Assembly (NCBI GenBank): GCA_964016885.1
Contig: OZ024745.1
Span: 79,050,001-79,114,000 of the forward strand
Reading direction: 5' to 3'
Length of the DNA: 64,000 nucleotides
DNA from: Eledone cirrhosa
Taxonomy: Eukaryota
In this document: piece after piece, positions 38,350-49,384 of the stretch
Layout: each line of letters begins with the position of its first letter
How positions within the stretch are numbered: the stretch's first letter is position 1
Notes under the pieces: generated by a model
The model's database searches: none
What the model was told of the DNA's origin: nothing
Seen by the model: the letters and a program-made list of their open reading frames with translations, nothing else
Position numbers and translations under genes: made by a program

Positions 38350-38499
38350 AATTGTTTCTACTTTAGGCACAAAGCCAGCAATTACCCAGTGCATTACTGG
38401 TACTTTATTTTATCGACCTCGTAAGGATGAAAGGCAAAGTCAACCTCGGCGGGATTTGAACTCAGATCGTAAAGGAACGTAACTATGCTGGAAAGCATG
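38350..38499 (-). mobile_element. Family 2 SINE, partial
   Basis: Core and tail match 28695-28840. Confidence 0.8.
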
Positions 38500-38604
38500 A
38501 TCATAATAATAATATATACTAGATGGATGTGTAGAAATTCTACGTGAAGCATGAATTATCTATCTTCCCTATAAAATCTATAGACACTTGTATGCAGTAT
38601 GATA

Positions 38605-38860
38605 TTGCACCCTGTAAAGTGGTAGTGCTGGTGCCACAACAAAAAGCACCCTATCCACATTGTAAAGTGGTAGTGTTAGAGCCATAAGGAAAAGCATCCA
38701 GTACACCCTGTAAAAAGGTAATGCTGGTGCCAGGACAAAAAGCGTTTAGTCCACCCTATAAGGTGGTAGCACTTTTTGTTTTTTTTGTAATGCTCTCAGT
38801 ACAAGATGTAAAGTGGTTGGTGTTAGAAAGGGCACCCAGCTGTAGAAAAACATGCCAAAA
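38605..38860 (+). repeat. Diverged approximately 45-bp tandem units (AAAAGCA..CAG.(C/A)CAC..TGTAAAGTGG) ending in the RTE GGAAGGGCATCC motif
   Basis: Similar arrays at about 32560-32720, 41340-41460 and 63275-63560. Confidence 0.65.
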
Positions 38861-39318
38861 CAGAACAAAAATGGTCACTTGCTCTGTCTACTACTGCTAG
38901 GTTTTATATTGTTGTTGTTTTTTTCATATATACTTAACAACATATTATCACTATTATAAGAAGATTCTTATGGTTACTGTTGTTGTTATCACTGCCACAT
39001 CATTGAAAATTTGGTCCTTAGATTCACTTGTACCACATTCCTGACAATAGCATCTGTTATTACTTCTAGGTTTTATTTTGTTTGGCTATTTTTCTGATCT
39101 GGAGCAAATCACAAAAGAGAGAATAAGAAATAGAATGAAAAGAAAATATTATGTGTGAGCAATATCTATTGTATCAAGCAACTGTGCATGAAGGTTTAAG
39201 AGAGAAACAATGTTCAACCAGGAGTTGAACAGAAGCACCTAATATTTTGTTAGTTGGGTATGTTGGATGAGGGAATGATTATATAAGAGGAAACTAAAAT
39301 AGAATGCGTGAAACATAC

Positions 39319-39449
39319 ATCTTCCTCTTTCCAAAGTCCTGGTTTTGCAAAGGATTCTAAAAGGTCGGCGCCACAGAGCAGTTTAATTTGGACAGTTGGC
39401 TGCATGAAATACAAATTCTGTAGTGTCATACAAGTGCCATCTACTTCAT
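39319..39449 (-). CDS. NMNAT: NMNAT exon: (D)[43 protein letters not shown]
   Basis: ttttgtttcag/gtatgt; diagnostic [15 protein letters not shown] motif; phase 1 to 0. Confidence 0.96.
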
Positions 39450-39587
39450 CTGAAACAAAAGATTAAAGAATATAATTTTATTAGATCAAGTAATATATCA
39501 CATACATTTATCATAATATGCAAATAACTCCTAAACCCCAAAATGATTTTAAGGGTCAGTTTTGTGGTTATTAAGTGAATTATAAGC

Positions 39588-39772
39588 AGTGATGTAGCTA
39601 GAGTGTGTGCTGCCCAGGGCAGCCCCTGAACTTGCCCACACCACACACATACAAATCCACCTTATCCAGGCTTGTACAATAGGCATCAAAGTGTCACTCC
39701 CCATAAAAGTCTCACTCAGACCTAACTACCGACACCCACCAAAACTACCTCACCCCTCCCAGCTACACTAGT
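39588..39772. mobile_element. Possible hAT-type MITE
   Basis: CAGTGATGTAGCT ... AGCTACACTAGTG imperfect terminal inverted repeats. Confidence 0.35.
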
Positions 39773-40288
39773 GATAGACAAATCTCCACTTGGATAGAAT
39801 ACCTGCCTATCTCGGGTAACACATCCATGTGATTTACTCTCTATTCTACAAAGTTAGATGAACTGAGACATGTAGAATTTAGTGTACTGCTCAAGTACAT
39901 AACAAAATACCTAGAATGATTTTGAGCATGATACCATATCCATCCAGCCATTTCACTCCAATGACTGAGGTTATACTGTTGTATGATCCAATTTTTAAAC
40001 AGCCAGTTCTTAACAGAATATAATTACTTAAGACCTTTTCTGCCACTTTCAGAACTACTGACCATTCAACCCCTGGCCATTCAATCCCCTGGCCATTCTT
40101 CAACCAATGGTCAGGGGTTGATTCGTCCTTTGTGATTTTGCTGTGAGGCTGTTTGAACTAAAATACGTCAACATGGCTTTGAGGAAACAACACCAATAAC
40201 CTGCACATTGCATATCACAGAATGGAAACTGCATGAGTAATTTTTCTCCGTATAACTTATATTCATGTAATTTTTTATTCATGCAATA

Positions 40289-40347
40289 GCTGTCTGATGA
40301 GGCTGTAACTGTTACATAACAGTTACCATCAAAATATGTATAACATT
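40289..40347 (+). ncRNA. Decayed type I hammerhead motif
   Basis: TGT-CTGATGA-GGCT GTAACTGTTA/TAACAGTTAC CATC-(G>A)AAA-TATGTA-TA-ACA. Confidence 0.45.
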
Positions 40348-41472
40348 GATTATGTAATCAATAAAATTATGTAAATTCAAACCTACTGGCTTCTCCTTCA
40401 TTGTTATACCAATACTCCGGAGTACACAGACCTACATGTATACTTCATCAAGTGCTCAATCCTGCATAGACTAGTGTCGGTTGACCAATAATTATAATGA
40501 ATTAACTAACACAAAATATACTAGGCAGGCATCTTCATCATAAAACTTACCAAGTACTCCCTGTAAAGTGAGTGGTTTGATCATGATAAAATACACCCAA
40601 CACACTTTGAAAAGTAATTGGCAATTGAACAGAGACAATATATGCTAGAGAGTACTCTTCAGTTTAGCTAAGCACATGGCAATCGTACTAGTGTTGCTGC
40701 CATGATAAAATGCACTCAGTACACTCTGTAAAGTGGTTGGCATTAGGAAGGGCATCCAGCTGTAGAAACTATGCCAAAATATGGAACATATGAGCAAGAT
40801 AATGTTATCTAACCAGTCTTGTCTTGGACCATGATGACTTGTCCAGCCCATGCCAGTATAGAAAATGAACATAAAATGATGATTCATGGGCCCTGACTAC
40901 AGAAAGTTGGCAGCATCAAGTGTGCATGCTTCACTGGGTGTATAATATTGGTTTACATGAATGAGAGAAAAGCTGAGTATAAGAGGAATTGAATGTAGTG
41001 TGCAAGAGCGATGATTGTGTTGGTATGCTCATGTGATGTGTAAAAAGAGCAAGAGTTGTATAAAAGAAGCACTTGAAGTGGACAGAACTTGTAGAAGTGG
41101 AAGACCAAGGAAAACATGGGATGAAGTTGTGAGGAATGACTTCAAGAAACTGACCCTCATAAAACACTAGACCAAGCTAACAGGTGACATGTCATAATAC
41201 AAAAGACCTATGTACAAGCACTGTGACACTAAAAGTAGATATGGTGAGAAATTAGAGGCTACAGTGTTGGTGATCAAACAAAGATAATATAAGGTTTGAG
41301 AAGACTCTTCAGTCTGGCCAAACATATGACAACCTCTCTAGTGCTGGTGCTACTATAAAATGCACCTAGTGCACCCTATAAAGTGGTAATGCTGGTTCCG
41401 TGATAAAACACACCCAGTACACTCTGTAAAGTGTTAGTGTTGGTGCCACAATAAATAGACGTAAAATGGTGG

Positions 41473-41507
<35 letters not shown>

Positions 41508-41665
41508 TTGCTGGTCCATTTTTCTCCTCTAAAATAAAAATAAGAAAAACAAATTTGCCAAGTTCTGAGAAAAGAAACTGTATAAAGACAGTAATTTACA
41601 ATATCTAGATACATTTTTTTAGGCAAGAGAAGAAAATTAAAAATAAAATTCAAATAACTATGCTA

Positions 41666-41854
<189 letters not shown>

Positions 41855-42585
41855 TCAGATATATGAAAGGCAAAAAAAAAATGAAGAATTAGACAAAATG
41901 GAAATGAAAGAGAAAAAATAAAAGAAAGAAAGAAAAAGGAACTAAAGTGAGACCAAAGAAAAAAAACATAAAAAGTAAAGAATGACAGTAAAAGACAAAG
42001 AAAGAAGGAAACATTTTTTAAAGAGCAAAAAAAAAAATGTAATAAGATTAGCTTAGACAGAACTGGCATATTTTGATAGGCTGGAAATCAATATTGTCTC
42101 ATTAGTGAAAATAAAAATGGTATAAAAAAAAAGAAAAGAAATGCAGAGATAAATGCTGTATTATTATATAACCCCGCCGAGGTTAACTTTGCCTTTCATC
42201 CTTACGGGGTCGATAAAATAAAGTACCAGTAATGTACTGGCCTTGTGCCTAAAGTAGAAACAATTATTATATGCCAGTCCAGTCTAGACTAGCTTAAAAA
42301 AGCAGTTATTGTTGTGTTTATTGTTATCGATCATATTGGGTTGTGAAGGCATGCAGCTTAGTGGTAAGGGTATTCGGTTGTGAGTTCAATTCTCGGCAAT
42401 GCATTAAATCCTTGAACAAAATACTTTATTTCACATTGCTCCTGTTCACTCAGCTGGAAAAAATGAGTTGTACCTATGATTGAAAGAGCCAGTGTTGTCA
42501 CATACTGTTTTATGCTGAATCTTCCTGAGAATTGCATTAAAGACATATGTTTACATTCTAGGTTCAATTTCACTGGAGCTACCTT

Positions 42586-43070
42586 TGTAGCAAAATCCTT
42601 TTGCACACATACTGACCCCCGAATGACATCTGGCTGCTATTTCTCTTTATCTCAACTGGCGTCATTTTGTCTGGACTGACTAGCCAGCTTGAAGTGAAGG
42701 CAAGATAAGTTCTTCTTTTGTCACAGTCAACTCAGGTAACTCGGAAGAGAAGCATCACTAGTGAGATGTAGGACTTAGCAAAAACCTTTGGCACTGTCAA
42801 CAAGGGCCCAACAGCAATTCTTCCAACAGCATTTCAACTATAGAAACAGAATCATCTGCCTTTGATACAAACAACACAGCTCCTTTGCACTGTGAGCTTA
42901 CTACTACCTACGCTGGTATGTACATCCTGAAACAACTTGTCACTTTGTAATTGAATGCAGCATAATAAACACATATTCTTTTTCCTGTTTACTGAAGTGA
43001 AGTAAAGTTATATCTCTAACCAAAATTATTGTATTTGTCGTGTTTATACATCCTCTTTCATAACACCACT
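42586..43070 (+). mobile_element. Probable solo LTR related to the 30424-31260 insert
   Basis: Starts TGTAGCAA, contains AATAAA, and shares AAAAC(C)TTTGGC..T..CAA.GGCCCA.CA.CA.TTCTTCC. Confidence 0.35.
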
Positions 43071-43312
43071 AAAACTTCACTTCACCTTTGCCTTTCATTC
43101 TCTGGAGTTTTTTTAATAAGCACCAATTAAATAGTAGGGTTAATTTAATTTACTATAGCCCTCTTCAACAATGTGTAATCCTGTGTAAATTTTGAAACAA
43201 TATTGATGGATTTTTTTAAACTTCTACTTTGTAAAAAACAGAAAAAATGTCATGGAATAATATTCTATCAATATTTAATAAATAAATGGTGGTGGCTTGG
43301 CAGTATAATAAG

Positions 43313-43498
43313 GGTGGTGGCTTGGCAGTATCGGTAGAGGGTCGGACGCCATGCTTTCCAGCATAGTTACGTCCCTTTGCGGTCTGAGTTCAAATCCCAC
43401 CGAGGTTAACTTTGCCTTTCATCCTTACGGGGTCGATAAAATAAAGTACCAGTAATGCACTGGGTAATTGATGGCCTTGTGCCAAAAGTAGAAACAAT
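43313..43498 (+). mobile_element. Family 2 SINE, full length (partial copy also at 42172-42264)
   Basis: A box TGGCAGTATCGG, B box GAGTTCAAATCC, Meta-like core. Confidence 0.9.
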
Positions 43499-44382
43499 AT
43501 TTAATAAATAAATAAATAAAAGCTATATGTAGATTAATCTTTAATGCACTAGTAATTTTTATGAGTTATTTCCCTTGACACTGCATTATCTATTAAGGGA
43601 AGATTACTCTATGGTGCCCTGTGTCGCTGACAGTACTTTAAAGGTTAAGGTAAAGTCAATGTGGCTATAACTGCATTTGTTTTTTTAATTCAAAGCTTCA
43701 TTGTAAAATGAATGAATCCAGCCTGTGACAATCAAGACATTTGGAGGAGATGAGCGATTGACAACAAAGTTCTTGTCATCGTTAGCAGCTCACCTTATCA
43801 AAGTATCAGATGATGCCCATGAAGGTGCTTGGTTTTTCCAATGCTGCATGTGTATTGGCTTGACTAAAAAAATTATTAGAGAGAAGCTCCTGAGCTCCTT
43901 ATTGTGGTGTGTAGTTGAGCATGCAGATTTCTCCCTTCATTTTTTTTCTTTTTCTTTATTATTCCTTTTTTTCCCCCTTATTATTCCCTCCTCCATTCTT
44001 TTTTCTCTAATACTGTATGTGTCTGCATAGACTTATGCTTATTAGATAACTACTTGAAATAAGTTTCCAAACACTTTCCACTATTCTCTCTGTACACAGA
44101 AAAACATACATTTTGGAGATTATTGTCTTTTAATCAGAAGATAACTGTAACAGAGGTGATGATTTGGATGTTATTTGTTTGTGGTATAAATTGGTCAGTG
44201 GTTCATTGTGGTATGGCAGGAACTTTTGTAGTAGTAATCCTTAGATTGATGGGTGAATATATAAGGTTGATGTGTTCCATATAAAGCACTGTGTGTATGC
44301 CTCAGTGAGTCAAGATATATGTTTGCTACAACCAGTATTGAATGAATGAATAACAATAGCCACTACTTAAATAACTGTATTA

Positions 44383-44564
44383 CAGTGAAATTATAACAAA
44401 ATTCACTAGGTATAAAAAAAAAATTCATTGTAACGAAAAATTCTTTAATACGAGATTGACCGAAACAAATCAAGCATTTGTTTGTTATTTCTTTGGGCAT
44501 TGAAACAATTTCGTTATACTGTAAAAGTCGTTATAATGGTATTCATTATAACGGAATTTTACTT
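44383..44564. mobile_element. Tc1/mariner (pogo/Tigger-like) MITE
   Basis: TA|CAGTGAAATT...AATTTTACTTG|TA with repeated ATAACG/CGTTAT subterminal motifs. Confidence 0.55.
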
Positions 44565-44901
44565 GTAATTAATAACTTGGTTTGAAGTTATTGTGACAAT
44601 ATAGGAAAAACAAAGATATTCACAGAAAAATTGTGTGAGTATTTGTGTGATGGTTTGGCATGGCTGTTTGTAGTAAATGTGTTAAAATTTGTATATAATT
44701 AACCTTTGTTGACAAAGATTGCTGGCCTAGAGGCCTAGACTGCCAGGAGTTGGAGCAAATCTATTGATAACTACCGTGTCCTGTTTGCTGGAACAAACTG
44801 TTCAAATGTCTGCCTCGACAGTTGAGGGCTGACTGTTTTATGAAGTTAGCGTTATCTCTTGACAATCTGCAGATGATCTCTTGTTGGCCATTCATCTAGA
44901 G

Positions 44902-45216
44902 CAGAGGCTCTCAAACTTTTTGACACCCCACCCCATCACTGTCACATAATACCCTCAGCGCCCTCACTCCTATTTCCAGAGAGACCTGTCTACATGCAAA
45001 TTATAAATAATATATAATAAATAAAATAATTAATTTATATATAATAAATAATATAATATATACTATGTAAACATAGATATATATATTTTATTTTACTATA
45101 TTTATATATAATATGTATCATTTGATATTTAATATACTATTATATCATCTCTACTGCCCCTTAGGCCCCAGCATCCTCATGGAACTTCTCAACGCCCCCC
45201 ACTTTGAGAATCTCTG
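44902..45216. mobile_element. hAT (Charlie-like) MITE
   Basis: TIRs CAGAGGCTCTCAAA/TTTGAGAATCTCTG; 8-bp TSD ATCTAGAG/ATCTAGAC. Confidence 0.85.
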
Positions 45217-46822
45217 ATCTAGACAGCCTATCAAAACTAGTCCCAAACAAAGGAATTGAATATCTATGGGGCTAAATGGTTAGCACTGATCTACTAAGCC
45301 AACCTGGGAACAAAAGTTCAAATCAGTCTGATTGTATTCACTACCTAACTACCCATATTATTCTTTCTACAGAGGAATATTTTTATGTCAAGCAGGATGT
45401 AGGGTACAACTGAAAGCTATGTATAAATTTTTTTCCCATCATTCATATGGATTATGTATAAAAAATGTTATCACTTTGCAATTTTATTTCTGCTCTTGTG
45501 TTACAACCAATGCCTCTGCATTAGCTTTTATATCTTAATTTAAACCCATTTATGGGCTTATACGATTCAATGGGAAGGTACATACAGTGTATATAAGATG
45601 GGTATCTAGTACAGAAATCAATATAGTTGTAAATTGTTGTTTTCATAAACAATGGACAATTGGATCAAAAGTGAATATGTTGCCATTCTAGCATGCCAAT
45701 TTCCAGATGAAGAAATTTAATTTTCAACAGTCAAGTCAACTTTATGTGAAGCATTACTTCAAAATGCTTGGGTAACAATTCTTTTAACAGTGGAAATTTT
45801 GTAGTATGGCGATTAGTGGGCTGTAATTTCCAATCAATATTACTTTAATTCGTTTGGAAAGTTCACTGATGCTAAGTATTGTACTATTGTGAGAAAGAAC
45901 AATGCTAAGGGAGACAACTATCACTGTTAATAATTCTCTTTCCAATAAATACATCATGAAAACTAAAATGTCCAAAATATAGTGTTAGTGAGACAGACAG
46001 ATCAAAGAGACGGGAAAGGAATCAGAATAACTTGTCACTATGGATAATGAACACAACCACAAGGATATGGTCCAAACGTGGAAGAGCCGAACTCCCACTG
46101 TCATGGCCTCCATCTCTCTGTATGGTGAGCAAATGATGTCCTACGTGCAGATCTCCCCACGGCCCAGGCGGACAGAATGGAGAAGGCGTTTCCCCGGAGG
46201 ATAGTAAGGGAGATGCGCTGAAAGAGCCATTCCAACTCGCGATGCTCACACCTGCGGCTGGCCAGCTCAGCGCATATGGTGGTGAGTAGGGAAGTAGCCC
46301 TTGTGCTTCGTTTCTTTCCTTCTCCTTTCTCCTACCCACCACTCTTACTCGTCACTTCCACTTGCTACCACCTCCGAAGCTAGAGTCTTTGTTGTTGTCT
46401 TTCCTAACAGCGACCTGATGCTGAGTGGACATTTTCCTCCCTCTCTGACCTGTCTGTTTGTCTACCTAGTCTGTTCGTTCCTCACACAAACATCATACCA
46501 ACAGAAATATTTATTTCACTGTTGCACAAGCCATCTATTTTACGTAATACTTTTAGTTAAATCGTCGAAACCACAGGCTGTCTAAAAGCTGAGGAATGTA
46601 TTTAAATGTTTGTGGGATCTTCTCTTGTCCATTTTCTCCCTTTTCTCCTTTCTTCCTATCACTTCTGTGGACCAACACACTGCTAGCCGCTGATTTCTGT
46701 CTTTTCAGGTAAATTTTGGCATTTGAGGGTAATTGAGGCATTTCAGTGTTTTAACAGCTTCCTTGCGTTGAGTTCTTCAAATTATTCTACAAATTATGTA
46801 TGTAAGCATGTATGTATGTATG

Positions 46823-46860
<38 letters not shown>

Positions 46861-46964
46861 TACTAGCAGTGTGTTCCGCCATTGCACGAGTAAAAACATT
46901 ACCAATGTTTTAACCCATGCAGCGCCGGGATACACTGCTAGTATATATATATATATATATATAT

Positions 46965-48063
46965 ACTAGCAGTGTATCCCGGTGTTGCACAGGTAAAAAC
47001 ATTGGTAATAGCACCTCCAATGAGAAACATTTATTTGTGAGTGCCTGTTAAAAACTCACGAAAATATACCGACAGGAAACTTGTTTTATTTGGAGAAAAT
47101 TAACAAGTTGAAAGTACAGTTTAGCTGTCTACGTGCATTGTTCATAGAAATATTGTTGAGCCTCTTCTTTTCATACTCCTCTGTTTTGGCCTATTGGAGT
47201 AAATGTGAAAAAGAAAGTCACAGGTTAAGTTGGCAGAAGGTTCCAGTGTCATAGCAGTAAGGCGTAGGCTACTTACCTCAAAAGTTCATTCGCACTCTTG
47301 TCACTAAGTTACTCTTTCTCTCTATCCCTCTCGGTGCAGTCCCTTGCGAATTTCTCGCGTAGGCCTGGTGTTGATTTGCACCAGCAGTATGTTATTCGGT
47401 ATTATTACGAAAAGGTGTAGCAGAGAATCCCACGTGAACTAACAGCTCAGGAGGAAACTGCTTACCTCGAAGATTCATTCGCCATCGTTTTTGTCAATGC
47501 TCCGTTTAGTTGGTATTTGTTGGTCTACAGTTAGATGAATGGCGCACAAAGGGTTAATGTTTATTGGCAAGAAGTGGCAACTGGGCTGGCTTGCCTCGCT
47601 TATATTATATATTAAAATAACAGATTAAAGTTTAAGCAAAGAATCGCTGCTTTCACCCTTAACGGGATCTTCTGAAACTAAAAAATTCCATCTGTGAACG
47701 CAGAAGTAAATATTTCGAAAAATGTTGCAGCCGAAGGAAAACAGGAAGACGATACTTTGGTTTGTGAAGACGTTCCCTGGCAATGAACGGAAAATAACGA
47801 ACATAATACGTCATCAATGTTTGTCATAATGTTGTAATGCAGACAGCCAGACATACAAACAGATATTATAAGGGTGCGACGGAGATCGATAACTGCGCCT
47901 AACACCCCTTTAACAACAGAAAATTGAAAAATAAAAGCTGCAGTTAATATCTTTAGACCGCAAAGAATATATAAATGCAAGTTTGAAGTCAATCAGAGTA
48001 GAAATGTGGATTTGTATAGACTTTGCAAAAATGAGGACACACACACAGACAACTACAGTTTTA
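46965..48063 (+). mobile_element. Non-autonomous Helentron/Helitron2-type element, preceded by an inverted duplication of its 5' end (46862-46942)
   Basis: Start ACTAGCAGTGTATCCCGGTGTTGCAC; end AAGTTTGAAGTCAATCAG..AAATG..(CA)nGAC..TTTTATATAT; inserted in (TA)n. Confidence 0.65.
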
Positions 48064-48279
48064 TATATATGTATAAATATATGTAGATAAATCTACCAAA
48101 AGTTTACGGTAGTGTCCAATCCGTATGAAGAACTCAATGTAATCCGGATATCATGAAAAGAAGAGATGCATTCAAAAATCACTTTCGGTGAAAGATAAAC
48201 GGAATACAGAGTCAAGATAAAATATTAAAAAAATAATGAATAAACAAAGAAACAGTTCCTTATATTAAACAAAAAAAGT

Positions 48280-48420
48280 TCATTATTTTACGATCGTTTC
48301 TAGGACATATATGTGTTAGAATTGGTATGGATATTCAAAAGATCTATGTACAAAATTATACAAACTATCAAAGAGAATATACATACCTTCACATATATAT
48401 GCTGTCTTCAGAAATAATGA
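48280..48420 (-). ncRNA. Type I hammerhead ribozyme motif with a 104-nt extended stem II
   Basis: Stem I TCATTATTT/AAATAATGA; CTGAAGA; stem II pairs ATATATGTG/CACATATAT and GGTATG.ATATTC/GAATAT.CATACC; GAAA; stem III CGATCG; GUA. Confidence 0.7.
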
Positions 48421-48668
48421 TGCATATTTATTGATAATAACAACAATTCAAAATTACAGGTCTGTTTGGGAACAGATTTTAAATAGACCAATGAAATACA
48501 TAAAAATTCATCAAGAAAATACAGTTAGGTGTGTGTATATATGTATGTAAATCCGTTCACAGATATGCATAAAAATGTATGTTCATATGCATACGCATGT
48601 TGAAAAAGTGTATGTGAATATAAAAATTTAGGGCTAATGTATCTGTATGTTTACAATCTACAGACAGA

Positions 48669-48701
<33 letters not shown>

Positions 48702-49259
48702 TACACACATATACATACATGCATACACATACACATACATATACATACACATACATACAAACACACATACACACACACACACACACACACATACGTATAT
48801 ATTATTATTATAACTATATGGATATTGAGGCGCTCACATAAACACGCCCACACACACTTACATTTAGATGCAGAAGTAAAGGAGGTAAGGGAGTAAGTAG
48901 TTAAAGGAAAGTGTCAAACTTGACATATTTATAAAAATGTATCCATAAAGTTAGAAATAAAAAAAATTTTTTATAGAAGGAAAAAACTCAAAAACGGGGG
49001 AACAAAAAATATAAGGGGGGGGGGGGGTACGTACATACACAGACGCGAATGTCTCACAAAAGAAATATAAAAAAACATAAAAAAACATAAAAGAGAGACA
49101 TAAAATATACATGCTTATATACATACGCACATTTACACATCCATACGTTCGATACATACATACGTACACACATACACATACTTAACCTCACGCATATTAA
49201 CCTGTTTGTATGCATATACATAAAAATAAGTAAAACATATACCCATACATATAAATACA

Positions 49260-49299
<40 letters not shown>

Positions 49300-49325
49300 C
49301 ACACACACATATATACATACACATA

Positions 49326-49375
<50 letters not shown>

Positions 49376-49384
49376 CATACATAT

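Noticed and set aside
40201-40302. Symmetric phase-1 cassette exon in the NMNAT variable region
   Set aside because: Weak donor (gttatt), no pyrimidine tract, and overlap with a hammerhead relic on the other strand.
46040-46600. GC-richer segment as a host exon or nested gene
   Set aside because: No clean ORF with splice sites; it is more likely a decayed L1/Tx1-like 3' end, but too degenerate to call.
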